A stretch of 25,010 bases of DNA from a virus (taxonomy: Duplodnaviria > Caudoviricetes): IMG/VR virus record IMGVR_UViG_3300002301_000063, positions 1-25,010 of that record; one strand, written 5' to 3'. Shown here piece by piece: positions 1 through 9,076 of this stretch. The position numbers and the translations under genes are program-made. Numbering within the stretch: position 1 is the stretch's first letter; the number at the start of each line of letters is the position of its first letter. The notes below the pieces were generated by a model. It was given only the letters and a program-made list of their open reading frames with translations. It made no database searches and was not told the origin of the DNA.

Positions 1-717
1 TCCGTAATGATTGATCCAGCGTCAGCGCAGCTTAACCCCCTGCCTGGCCTGATTCAAAACTATGACGGTATTCACCGCACGTCGAACGGCGCAAAGGTCA
101 GCGGCTATTCGGTGGTCAATACCCTGGTTTCTCGGCTGAATCTGACACGCTATAAAACGCCTGGCAGCAATCTGCTGTCCCCCATGGGGACTACGGGTGG
201 GACTAACACGCCGGGCAGCGGCACCGTCAGCGGGAGCATTCCTACCGACTGGAATGTTCAGAACGTCGCGGGTAGTGCGAACGTCACTGTATCTGTCGTC
301 AATGGTAAAACACGCATCGTCGCTACCAATCCGTCGGCATCTGCAGCAGTCATCTATCTGCAAGCCACCAACAATGCAGCGCTTGTCGCTGCTTGCACTA
401 ACGGAAGTAGTGTTCAAGGTGGGTTCGACTTCAGCATTGTTTCTGCCTCAAGCATGACTCGACTGGCTGGAACGCTTCGCTTCAATGGATCGACTGGCAC
501 ACTGTGGAGCGTGATGGGTCGCGATACCGCCAATGAGGACGCATCGAACTTTGTGTTCCCGTCGACCCCACTTACTGGCAAGCGCTTTACCAACCCGTTC
601 ACCTTCGGGGCGAACGCATCGGCTGCAGAATTCATCATTGCTATCGGCTTGGATGCGGTAGTCGGCGCGACAGCGACGATCGATATTTCGAATCCGGTGT
701 TCACAAATCTGACGTAA
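1..717 (+). CDS. Partial (5'-truncated) SGNH/GDSL-hydrolase-like protein with a beta-rich C-terminal domain
   Basis: Frame is open from position 1. 'NYDGIH' matches the SGNH block V DxxH motif and is followed by a Gly/Ser/Thr/Asn-rich beta-type region. The GDS block is not inside the window. Confidence 0.55.
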   Translation, partial: SVMIDPASAQLNPLPGLIQNYDGIHRTSNGAKVSGYSVVNTLVSRLNLTRYKTPGSNLLSPMGTTGGTNTPGSGTVSGSIPTDWNVQNVAGSANVTVSVVNGKTRIVATNPSASAAVIYLQATNNAALVAACTNGSSVQGGFDFSIVSASSMTRLAGTLRFNGSTGTLWSVMGRDTANEDASNFVFPSTPLTGKRFTNPFTFGANASAAEFIIAIGLDAVVGATATIDISNPVFTNLT

Positions 718-797
718 GGCTATCAAGTAGTTTCCGCTCGCCGGCGACACGGGTAAATGGCCGGCATAGCTCGCACGATTGGGAAGCCGTTCCTTTC

Positions 798-819
798 CGG
801 GTGCAACGCCCGTTTTTTT
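798..819 (+). terminator. Possible intrinsic terminator upstream of terS
   Basis: CGGGTG-CAA-CGCCCG hairpin (one G:U pair) followed by T7. Confidence 0.4.
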
Positions 820-856
820 CGGCGCGGGGCGAGCAGCAGTTTTCGAGGTTTTTCAC

Positions 857-1636
857 ATGAGGATCACAGACAAGATTCGCCGCCTGGTCGATGAGTATCT
901 CCTCGACCTCAATGCGGCGCAGGCCGCTATCCGCGCAGGGTACAGCCCCCGGACGGCCAAGCAGATCGCATACGAGACGCTCAACAAGCCGGAGGTTCAG
1001 GAGCTGGTGCGCGAGCGCCAGGCCGCGCTGGCCGAGCGCACCGAGATCACCCAGGATGCTGTGCTGCAGCGCCTGTGGGCAATTGCCACGGCCGACCCAT
1101 CGCAGCTGATGCAGTTCCGCCGCACCTGTTGCCGGTACTGCTGGGGCAAGAAGTTCGGCTACCAGCGCACCGCGCAGGAGATGAAAGCCGACCGGATCAG
1201 CCACGGGAAGTCGATGGCTGAGAAGAAGGCAGAAGCCAACCGGTCTGGCCAGCTGTTCACGGAAGCGCCATTCGATACGGCCGGCGGCACCGGATACGAC
1301 GCGCGCAAGGATCCGAATCCGAAGTGTCCTGAGTGCTTCGGCCAGGGCCATGGCAATGCCTTCTTCGAGGACACCCGGAAGTTGCAAGGAAGCGCCAAGC
1401 TCCTATATGCCGGGGTGAAGCAGGGTAAAGAGGGGCTGGAGGTGAAGACCCTGGATCCCATCGAGGCCCTGAAGCTGGTTGGCCAGCACCTGGGCATGTT
1501 CAAGACGAAGGTGGAACACAGCGGTGCCAATGGGCAACCGCTCGCGCCCCCGGTGTTCCACGTCACATTTGCGGGAGAGGAAGGCGATGGCGGCGGTCAA
1601 TCTGACGTTCGCGCCCAAGTTCCGCCCCCTGTTTAA
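857..1636 (+). CDS. terS: Terminase small subunit with a Cys-rich insertion
   Basis: ATG at 857 after GAGG. N-terminal '[35 protein letters not shown]' is the Terminase_2 HTH signature; C-terminal '[18 protein letters not shown]'. Lies directly upstream of terL. Confidence 0.92.
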   Translation: MRITDKIRRLVDEYLLDLNAAQAAIRAGYSPRTAKQIAYETLNKPEVQELVRERQAALAERTEITQDAVLQRLWAIATADPSQLMQFRRTCCRYCWGKKFGYQRTAQEMKADRISHGKSMAEKKAEANRSGQLFTEAPFDTAGGTGYDARKDPNPKCPECFGQGHGNAFFEDTRKLQGSAKLLYAGVKQGKEGLEVKTLDPIEALKLVGQHLGMFKTKVEHSGANGQPLAPPVFHVTFAGEEGDGGGQSDVRAQVPPPV

Positions 1637-2861
1637 GCCGAAGCGCTACAAGGTTTTTCACGGCGGCCGTGGTGGTGCCAAATCCTGGGAAATCGCTCGG
1701 GCACTGATCCTGATCGCCAGCAGCCGGAAGGTGCGCGTACTGTGCGCGCGTGAGGTGCAAAACACGATCAAGGATTCGGTGCTGAAGTTGCTGCGGGACC
1801 AGATCGACAAGCTGGGCTTGGCACCGTGGTTCCACATCACCGATACCAGCATCCGCAGTTCGGTCGGCTCTGAATTCATCTTCAAGGGGCTGCGCACTGA
1901 TCCCAACGGAGTGAAATCCACCGAAGGCATTGATATCTGCTGGGTGGAAGAGGCGCAGACGGTCTCGGCCGATTCTTGGGATGTGCTGACGCCGACCATT
2001 CGCCAGGAGGGATCCGAAATCTGGATCAGCCTGAATCCAGGTGAGGAGGACGATCCAACCTACCAGCGCTTCGTGGCCAATCCGCCGGACAATTCGGTGG
2101 TGGTCGAGGTGAATTATTACGACAACCCGTGGTTCCCCGATGTGCTCCGCCAGGAGATGGAGTACTGCAGGCGCGTCGATTACGACGCCTACGAGCACAT
2201 TTGGCTGGGCAGGCCGAAGAAGATCAGCGCCGCCGTCATCTTCGCCGGGAAGTACCGTGTGGACACGTTCAGCGATGACCTCTGGCGCCAGGCAGATCGC
2301 CTGTTCTTCGGTGCCGACTTCGGTTTCGCACAGGATCCATCCACGCTGATCCGATCCTTTGTCCTGGGCAATAAGCTCTACATCGAGTACGAGGCCTATG
2401 GCATCGGCGTGGAGCTGGACGAGATGTGGAAGCTGTATTCGGGCAAGGATGGTGCAACTGCTGAGCAGCTGTCCACCTGGAAGCCGGGCGACGATGCCAA
2501 GTTTCCAGGGATCCCTGGGGCGCGCGACTGGCCGATCAAGGCCGATAACTCTCGGCCGGAGACCATCAGTTTCCTCAAGCGTCAGGGGTTCAACATCCAA
2601 GCGGCAGCCAAGTGGCAGGGTAGCGTCGAGGACGGCATCAGCCACCTCCGCGGCTTCGAAGAGATCGTGATTCACGAGCGCTGCAAGCACATGGCAGCTG
2701 AGGCGCGCCTCTATTCATACAAGGTCGACAAGACGACGAAGGAGATCCTTCCGGTCATTGTCGACAAGCACAATCACTGCTGGGACGGCGTGCGCTATGG
2801 CCTGGATGGATACATCCAGCAGCGTGGCGGCCTGGGCGTCTGGTCTCGCCTGGCTCAGTAA
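1587..2861 (+). CDS. terL: Terminase large subunit (PBSX/SPP1-like, probably headful packaging)
   Basis: ATG at 1587 after GGAGAGGAAGG. Walker A 'HGGRGGAKS', 'CAREVQNTI', Walker B 'ICWVEEAQ', nuclease motifs 'GADFGF' and '[10 protein letters not shown]'. Overlaps terS by 50 nt. Confidence 0.96.
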   Translation: MAAVNLTFAPKFRPLFKPKRYKVFHGGRGGAKSWEIARALILIASSRKVRVLCAREVQNTIKDSVLKLLRDQIDKLGLAPWFHITDTSIRSSVGSEFIFKGLRTDPNGVKSTEGIDICWVEEAQTVSADSWDVLTPTIRQEGSEIWISLNPGEEDDPTYQRFVANPPDNSVVVEVNYYDNPWFPDVLRQEMEYCRRVDYDAYEHIWLGRPKKISAAVIFAGKYRVDTFSDDLWRQADRLFFGADFGFAQDPSTLIRSFVLGNKLYIEYEAYGIGVELDEMWKLYSGKDGATAEQLSTWKPGDDAKFPGIPGARDWPIKADNSRPETISFLKRQGFNIQAAAKWQGSVEDGISHLRGFEEIVIHERCKHMAAEARLYSYKVDKTTKEILPVIVDKHNHCWDGVRYGLDGYIQQRGGLGVWSRLAQ

Positions 2862-2879
2862 AAACAAGGAATTGACACA

Positions 2880-4334
2880 ATGTCCCGCAAACCGAAACGA
2901 GCAGCGGGCGCAGCCGGAGGCGCGCCTGGCCCGCGCCAGCGGACCAATGACTCATTCCAGAACGCGCAGGCACGCCTGGGCTGGGGCACGAACAACCAGT
3001 CCTCGGGCGCCACGTACTCGCTGTCATACCAAAGCCGCAACCGCGTGCAGCTGGAAGCGGCATATCGCGGATCCTGGATTGTTCGTGCCGCAGTGGACGC
3101 CATCCCCGAGGACATGACCCGCTGTGGCGTGGAGATCTCGGGCATCGACCCGGCCTCGATCACCGAAATGGAGACCGCTATGGTCTCCCTGGGGATCTGG
3201 GACAAGCTCTGCGAGACCGGCAAGTGGGCGCGCCTTTACGGCGGGGCCATCGCGGTCATGCTGATCGATGGCCAGGATCTCAGCACTCCGTTGCGCATCG
3301 AGGCAATCGGCAAAGACCAGTTCAAAGGCCTGGTGGTAATGGATCGCTGGATGGTCGCGCCGCCCGTGGGCAACGTGGTGACCGAGTACGGCCCGGACAT
3401 GGGCAAGCCGGTTTATTACGACATCCTGGCCGAGTTCATGGGCCTGCCGCGGGGGCGTATTCACTATAGCCGGGTCATTCGTCTGGAGGGCGATGACCTT
3501 CCGTATTACCAGCGCATCGCGGAGAACGGCTGGGGCCTGTCGGTCCTGGAGCCGCTCTGGGACCGCCTGATCGCGTTCGACAGCGCCTCGGTCGGCGCTG
3601 GCCAGCTGGTGTACAAGGCGCACCTGCGCACGTATTCCGTTGATGGTCTACGGAATATCATCGCCGCCGGAGGTGATGCCCTGAAGGGCCTGATGTCGCA
3701 GATCGAATTTACCCGTCTCTCTCAGAGTAATGAGGGCATGACGGTTATCGATGCGGCTGACAAGCTGCAGGCCGATACCTATACCTTCGCCGGCCTGGCC
3801 GACATGCTGATCCAGTTTGCGCAGCAGCTGTCCGGAGCATTGGGCATCCCGCTGTCCCGTATGTTCGGCCAGTCGCCGGCCGGTCTGAGTGACACGGGCG
3901 AAGGCCCACGCCGCCAGTACCACGAGAAGGTGCACCAGAAGCAAGAGAAGGACCTGCGCACCCCCCTCCAGCGCCTGTTTCAGGTTATGTCGATGTCGGT
4001 GCTGGGCACGGCCCTCAATGCCGGTTTCCAGTTCGCATTCAAGAGCCTCGACGAGCCTACCGAGGTCGAGAAGGCTGATGTCGCCGACAAGAAGACCACC
4101 ACGGTGGTAAGCGCCCTCGATGCCAACTTGATCAAGCGTTCCACTGCCATGAAGGAGCTCAAGGGCATGGCCTCCAGCACCGGGATGTTCGGAAACATCA
4201 CCGACGAGGAGATTAAGGAGGCGGAAGAGCAAGAAAAGGATGCGCCGCCCCCGGGCGGTGAGCTTGATCTTCCGGACCTGAGCGCGCTCACCACCAAGGA
4301 TTCCATCTTCAAGAGGCTGTGGAGACGGCGATGA
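2880..4334 (+). CDS. Portal protein (DUF1073 family)
   Basis: 484 aa ORF after terL; 'YRGSWIVRAAVDAIPEDMTR', 'WARLYGGA', 'IHYSRVI', 'GIPLSRMFGQSPAGL' are typical of DUF1073 portals. Confidence 0.9.
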   Translation: MSRKPKRAAGAAGGAPGPRQRTNDSFQNAQARLGWGTNNQSSGATYSLSYQSRNRVQLEAAYRGSWIVRAAVDAIPEDMTRCGVEISGIDPASITEMETAMVSLGIWDKLCETGKWARLYGGAIAVMLIDGQDLSTPLRIEAIGKDQFKGLVVMDRWMVAPPVGNVVTEYGPDMGKPVYYDILAEFMGLPRGRIHYSRVIRLEGDDLPYYQRIAENGWGLSVLEPLWDRLIAFDSASVGAGQLVYKAHLRTYSVDGLRNIIAAGGDALKGLMSQIEFTRLSQSNEGMTVIDAADKLQADTYTFAGLADMLIQFAQQLSGALGIPLSRMFGQSPAGLSDTGEGPRRQYHEKVHQKQEKDLRTPLQRLFQVMSMSVLGTALNAGFQFAFKSLDEPTEVEKADVADKKTTTVVSALDANLIKRSTAMKELKGMASSTGMFGNITDEEIKEAEEQEKDAPPPGGELDLPDLSALTTKDSIFKRLWRRR

Positions 4335-5080
4335 TAATCACCCTCGACCGGCGGAAGAAGAACCGGAATCCGGTGCGCACGGCCGCTGCAGAACAGCGAT
4401 ATGGGATGCAGCTGAAGAAGGTGGCCGCCCAGGTCCAGGCCATCATCAGTCCATTCGAGCCCGGTGATATCAGGTCCGTGCCCACCATCCAGCAGCTCCT
4501 GGATGCGTATGCCGAGATGCTCAAGCCGTGGGCGACCATGACCGCCAGCAACATGCTGATGGACGTGGCGCTGCGCGACGAGAGCGCTTGGAAGACGATG
4601 GCCAAGGAAATGTCCCGCTCGCTGCGCGAGGAAATTACCGAGGCACCGACGGGCAGAGTACTGCAGGAGCTGCTGGCTGAGCAGGTGGATCTGATCACTA
4701 GCATTCCGCGCGAGGCTGGCCAGCGCGTGCACGAGCTGACGCTGAAAGGCCTTGAGGACTCCACCCGTGCCAGCGAGATTGCCAAGGAAATCATGCGCTC
4801 GGGCGAGGTGGCCAAGAGCAGGGCGATGCTGATCGCCCGCACCGAGGTGAGCCGGACGGCCACATCGCTGACTCAGGCGCGCGCGCAGTTCGTCGGCAGC
4901 GATTCGTATATCTGGCGCACCAGCGGTGACAGCGACGTGCGCGCTGACCACCGGAAGCTCAATGGCAAGGTCTTCCGGTGGGACGATCCTCCCATTGTCG
5001 ATGATCGATCCGGTATGCGCGCGCACCCCGGTTGCTCGCCGAATTGCCGCTGTTATGCGGAACCGATTATTCCTGATTGA
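4331..5080 (+). CDS. Head morphogenesis/minor head protein (MuF, SPP1 gp7 family)
   Basis: ATGA overlap with the portal stop. 'RAMLIARTEV', 'YIWRTSGDSDVRADH..LNGKVFRWDDPP', 'HPGCSPNCRCYAEP' are the Phage_Mu_F signature. Confidence 0.93.
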   Translation: MIITLDRRKKNRNPVRTAAAEQRYGMQLKKVAAQVQAIISPFEPGDIRSVPTIQQLLDAYAEMLKPWATMTASNMLMDVALRDESAWKTMAKEMSRSLREEITEAPTGRVLQELLAEQVDLITSIPREAGQRVHELTLKGLEDSTRASEIAKEIMRSGEVAKSRAMLIARTEVSRTATSLTQARAQFVGSDSYIWRTSGDSDVRADHRKLNGKVFRWDDPPIVDDRSGMRAHPGCSPNCRCYAEPIIPD

Positions 5081-5082
5081 CC

Positions 5083-5601
5083 ATGGCACGACACATTCAC
5101 GTTCATTTCTACACCGGCGATGCCGGCGAGTGGAAGGAGGGCGATCACCCGCGGGCAGAGAACGGCCAGTTTGGTAGCGGTGGTGCTGGTGCAGCGTCCA
5201 GCTCGCAGGGCAGCGTGACCCTGCGCGGCAATGAGCTTGGTCCCTATGCAGATATGAAGGATCTGCGCCAGAAGGCCCTGGCCTATGCCGAGCGGTTCAT
5301 CGGGAAGCGCTTCAAGAACGCGGCGACAGGACACGAGATTCAGGTCACCAAGACCGGCGTGAAGCACACGCTGTCCGGCAGCGGGGAGGGCCTGGCCAAG
5401 ACCGTTCCGGCCATTCCAGATCTGCTGCAGCGTTCCAAACTGGTAGCCACTGCGCCTGATAAGCGCGGCGATCCGAACATCTTGGCGGTGGAGACCTATG
5501 AGGCCCCCTTGATGCTTGAGGGAAAGAGCAGGAGGGCGATCCTGACTGTGAAGAGCTACCAGGATGGTCGACGGTATTACGACCATGGCCTGGTGGAGTA
5601 A
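5083..5601 (+). CDS. Head-associated protein: HxHxH and HPR..GQF leader plus an LPD3-like (BECR-fold, putative RNase) domain
   Basis: ATG at 5083. N-terminus 'RHIHVHFYTGDAGEWKEGDHPRAENGQFG'; C-terminus 'FKNAATGHEIQVTKTGVKH...AILTVK..DGRRYYDH' resembles large-polyvalent-protein domain 3. Sits between MuF and the protease. Confidence 0.65.
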   Translation: MARHIHVHFYTGDAGEWKEGDHPRAENGQFGSGGAGAASSSQGSVTLRGNELGPYADMKDLRQKALAYAERFIGKRFKNAATGHEIQVTKTGVKHTLSGSGEGLAKTVPAIPDLLQRSKLVATAPDKRGDPNILAVETYEAPLMLEGKSRRAILTVKSYQDGRRYYDHGLVE

Positions 5602-5727
5602 GGAAGAAGGGGGCCGTCGTTTGAGTAAGGTTCCTCGCACGCTGCACGGCGTGGTGGTTTAAACCTCCGGCGGCCTGTCTGAAATTATACGCCGCAGCCC
5701 TCCCGTTCGCTTGATTTCATCGATTTT

Positions 5728-5750
5728 GCCCGCCTTGCGCGGGCTTTTTT
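5728..5750 (+). terminator. Intrinsic terminator
   Basis: GCCCGC-CTTGC-GCGGGC followed by T6. Confidence 0.75.
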
Positions 5751-5763
5751 ACGTCCCCATGCC

Positions 5764-7158
5764 ATGAGCAAGCCATGCAGCTGCAAAAAGTGTAGCGCCA
5801 GTGCTACGAAGACAACCGATTCCATCACCGCCAGCGGGTTCCTGACCAATGAGCAATTGGGGCCGAAGCAGTCGATCACCGCCGAGGGTTTCCTGCTTTG
5901 CGAAGAGGTGCCTATCGCGCGCATCGGCCCGCAGATGTACGCGGCGATCGAGCTGCCGGAACTGGAGGACAAAGACGGCGTGATCGAGGTTGAGCGCGAC
6001 GCGGATGTCGTTTTCAGTGCAGAAACCATCGCCAGCTTCACCGGCAAGCCCGTGACCATTGAGCATCCCCCGGAACTGGTCACGCCGCTGACCTGGAAGG
6101 ACGTCGCCAAGGGCACCACGCACAACGTGCGGCGCGGCGAGGGCGACAAGGCGAACTTGCTGCTGGCCGACCTCCTCATCACCGACCAAGAACTGATTGA
6201 TCTCATCGTCAAGAAGAAGCTGAAGGAGATCAGCTGCGGCTACGACGCCGAATACGAGCAAATCGCGCCTGGGCGGGCGCGGCAATCGACCATCGTGGGC
6301 AACCACGTGGCGTTTGTAGAAAGCGCCCGCTGTGGACCTGTGTGTTCTGTGCAGGATTCTGGAAAATTGATTGGAGAAACCCCCATGGCTGCAAAGCTGA
6401 CCAAGTCGGTCATTGCCGACAAACTGCGCAAGTTGTTCAACACCCGCGATTCCGAGGGCCTGGAGAAGGTCCTGGACGAGCTGCCCGATGGTGCGGGCGG
6501 TGACGATGAAAAGGACACCCACGTCCACATCCATATGCCGGGCACCGCCGAGGCCACGAAGCAGGCCGGTACCACGGACGAGGATGATCCGAACAATCCG
6601 GACAACCCGGTGCTGGCCGCCATCGCCAAGGTGGCATCCTCTGTCGAAGTTCTCGGCCAGCGCGTGTCGGCGCTGGAATCCGGGAAGACCGCCGACTCCG
6701 GAGAAAAGGATCCGGAAGAGAAAAAGACCACCGATGCTGATCCCGATGCCGCCGATCCAAATGCGCCGACCATGACCGGCGACTCCGCATCCCTGGTGGC
6801 CGAGTTCCAGGATGCCAAGTCCCGCGCCGAGATCCTCGCGCCCGGCATCAAGTTCCCGACCTTCGATGCCAAGGCCAACAAGAAGGTCTCCGTCGACGCT
6901 CTGTGCAGCTTCCGCCGCCGCGCGCTGACCGTGGCCCTGGCCGGCGAGCACGAGGATCTGGTCAAGGTGGTGACCGGCGATGCCGACGTCAGCAAGTTGA
7001 CCTGCGACTCAGCCCGCGCCTTCTTCAACGCGGCGTCGGAGCTGGTCAAGCGCAAGAACGCAGCCGTGCACGTGCAGCACACCACCACCAACGACAAAAC
7101 CAACTCCTCGTTCCTGGATATCAACAAGCGGAACAAGGATTTCTGGAACAACCACTAA
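5764..7158 (+). CDS. DUF2213 prohead protease/scaffold
   Basis: 'EGFLLCEEVPIARIG', 'SFTGKPVTIEHP', 'EISCGYDAEY', 'GNHVAFVESARCG'; long acidic scaffold-like C-terminus. Confidence 0.9.
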   Translation: MSKPCSCKKCSASATKTTDSITASGFLTNEQLGPKQSITAEGFLLCEEVPIARIGPQMYAAIELPELEDKDGVIEVERDADVVFSAETIASFTGKPVTIEHPPELVTPLTWKDVAKGTTHNVRRGEGDKANLLLADLLITDQELIDLIVKKKLKEISCGYDAEYEQIAPGRARQSTIVGNHVAFVESARCGPVCSVQDSGKLIGETPMAAKLTKSVIADKLRKLFNTRDSEGLEKVLDELPDGAGGDDEKDTHVHIHMPGTAEATKQAGTTDEDDPNNPDNPVLAAIAKVASSVEVLGQRVSALESGKTADSGEKDPEEKKTTDADPDAADPNAPTMTGDSASLVAEFQDAKSRAEILAPGIKFPTFDAKANKKVSVDALCSFRRRALTVALAGEHEDLVKVVTGDADVSKLTCDSARAFFNAASELVKRKNAAVHVQHTTTNDKTNSSFLDINKRNKDFWNNH

Positions 7159-7171
7159 TTTAGGAGTTGCC

Positions 7172-7921
7172 ATGCCTTCGTACCAAGCATACCAATACCG
7201 CATGCCGGCCGGTTTCGCCGGCGACCTGCAGCGCGTCGAGGCTGCCATCATCGAGCCGCAGCAGATCGATGCTGCGGCTCCCCCGCTGGCCTTCGGCCTG
7301 CCGGTCAAGCTGGTGTCGGGAAAGATCCAGCCCATCAACAACGCGTCCGACGGTGTTCTCTCGGTCTACGGCGTGAATCTGCGTCCGTATCCGATCCAGG
7401 GTAACGGCACTGACCCGCTGGGTACCTCCACTCCGCCGACCTCCGGCGTGACCGACATCCTGAAGCAAGGTTACGTCAATGTGGCTCTGGGCGGCATTGC
7501 CGCTGCGGCCAAGGGCGGCCGCGTGTACGTTCGCACTGCGAACCCCAGCTCTGGTAAGCCGCTGGGTGGCTTCGAAGCCGCTCCCGAATATGCGGTCACC
7601 GCTGGAACCAATACCGGCAACGGTACCGTCGGCTCCATCTCGGGCGGTGCCTCTCCGGTGAGCGGTAGCTACGCGATCAAGTTCACCAGCGCCACCGCGT
7701 TCACCGTGACCGCTCCGGACGGTGCCAGCCTGCCGCCTGGCGTTGTGGGCACACCGTATGCCAACTCGCAGATCAACTTCACGATCACGGCGGGTGGCAC
7801 GGCCTTCTCCGCCAACGACTCGTTCACCATCGGGCAAAACCTGATCGTGATGCCGGCTCGCTGGTACTTCACCGGCCCGGCCGATGCCTACGGCATCACC
7901 GAGCTGGCCATCAACCCCTGA
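7172..7921 (+). CDS. Capsid decoration/cement protein with an inserted beta domain
   Basis: RBS AGGAG; 'YRMPAGFAGDL', 'GVNLRPYP', 'KGGRVYVR'; located between protease and capsid. Confidence 0.75.
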   Translation: MPSYQAYQYRMPAGFAGDLQRVEAAIIEPQQIDAAAPPLAFGLPVKLVSGKIQPINNASDGVLSVYGVNLRPYPIQGNGTDPLGTSTPPTSGVTDILKQGYVNVALGGIAAAAKGGRVYVRTANPSSGKPLGGFEAAPEYAVTAGTNTGNGTVGSISGGASPVSGSYAIKFTSATAFTVTAPDGASLPPGVVGTPYANSQINFTITAGGTAFSANDSFTIGQNLIVMPARWYFTGPADAYGITELAINP

Positions 7922-7954
7922 TCCCCCGGCGCCTACAGCGCATCAACCTCATAG

Positions 7955-7978
7955 AACCCCGCTCTGGCGGGGTTTTTT
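7955..7978 (+). terminator. Intrinsic terminator-like hairpin
   Basis: AACCCCGC-TCTG-GCGGGGTT followed by TTTT. Confidence 0.7.
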
Positions 7979-7997
7979 CATCTTAGGAGCCATTTAA

Positions 7998-9065
7998 ATG
8001 GATATGTCCGTGCAGAATCATCTCAAGGCCCGGGAGATCGCCGTCGCGTCGAGCCGCATCGCTCGCGCCTATACCCGGGACGAGCAATATACCTATGATC
8101 GTTCCACTCTGGACTCGACCGGTGCCTTCCTGGTCGGCCAGCTGGAACGCCTGGACCAGACCCTGAACGAGCCGCTGGTCGAATACACCTGGACCCGTGA
8201 CGTCTTCATCCGCACCGACGTCTCGGCTGCCGATGAGATCGCGTCGTTCACCAACTCTGCGTTCGGCATGAGCGGCGGCATCAACCCGAACGGCCTGAAC
8301 TGGATCTCGAACGAGGGCAATGCCCTGGCAGGTCCGTCGGTGGACATCGGCAAGACTCCGCAGCCCATGCGCCTGTGGGGTGCCGAGGTCAAGTACACCG
8401 TCCCCGAGCTGGTGAAGTCGCAGAAGCTGGGCCTGCCCATTGATGTGCAGAAGGTCGAAGCCATGAACCTGAAGCGCAACATGGACATCGACCAGATCGT
8501 CTACTACGGCGACTCGCAGCTCGGCTTCACTGGGCTGGTCAACTCGACCTCCGCGGTGGGTAGCGTGACCAACGTCGCCAACGGTGCCAACGGCACCCCG
8601 CAGTGGAACACCAAGACCCCGGACGAGATCCTGGCCGACGTCAATGAAATTCTGACCTCCGCCTGGCAGGCGTCTGGCTGGAAGGTGAAGCCGAACAAGC
8701 TGATGCTGCCACCTGCGAAGCTGGGCTATATCGCATCGCGCATCATCAGTTCGGCCGGCAACAAGTCCATCCTGACCTACATCCTGGAAAACAACATCTG
8801 CACGCAGCAGGGCGTCAAGTTGCAGATCCTGGAGCTGAAGTGGCTGATCGGCGCTGGCGCTGGCGGTACCCTGGGCCAGCTGGGCACGGTCGACCGCATG
8901 GTGGCGTACAACGACGACAAAAAGTACGTCCAGTTCCCCATGACCGATCTGCAGCGCACTCCGCTGGAATACCGTTCGCTGTTCCAGATCACCACATACT
9001 GGGAGCGTATCGGCCAGATCGAATGGCGCTACGGCGTCACCGCAGCCTACCGCGACGGTATCTAA
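7998..9065 (+). CDS. Major capsid protein (DUF2184 family, HK97 fold)
   Basis: RBS AGGAG; 355 aa; 'GAFLVGQLERLDQTLNEPL', 'IVYYGD..LGFTGLVN', 'KTPDEILADVN', ending 'YRDGI'. Confidence 0.92.
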   Translation: MDMSVQNHLKAREIAVASSRIARAYTRDEQYTYDRSTLDSTGAFLVGQLERLDQTLNEPLVEYTWTRDVFIRTDVSAADEIASFTNSAFGMSGGINPNGLNWISNEGNALAGPSVDIGKTPQPMRLWGAEVKYTVPELVKSQKLGLPIDVQKVEAMNLKRNMDIDQIVYYGDSQLGFTGLVNSTSAVGSVTNVANGANGTPQWNTKTPDEILADVNEILTSAWQASGWKVKPNKLMLPPAKLGYIASRIISSAGNKSILTYILENNICTQQGVKLQILELKWLIGAGAGGTLGQLGTVDRMVAYNDDKKYVQFPMTDLQRTPLEYRSLFQITTYWERIGQIEWRYGVTAAYRDGI

Positions 9066-9076
9066 GGAGAGGGCAC

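Noticed and set aside
2880-4334. Anti-CBASS (Acb1) activity sometimes attached to this family name
   Set aside because: Size and position indicate a portal, and no fused 2H-phosphoesterase domain is visible.
5611-5680. Bona fide tRNA gene
   Set aside because: It is too short, the middle loop is 6 nt rather than 7, and there is no TTC T-loop or CCA end. Kept only as a tRNA-like structure.
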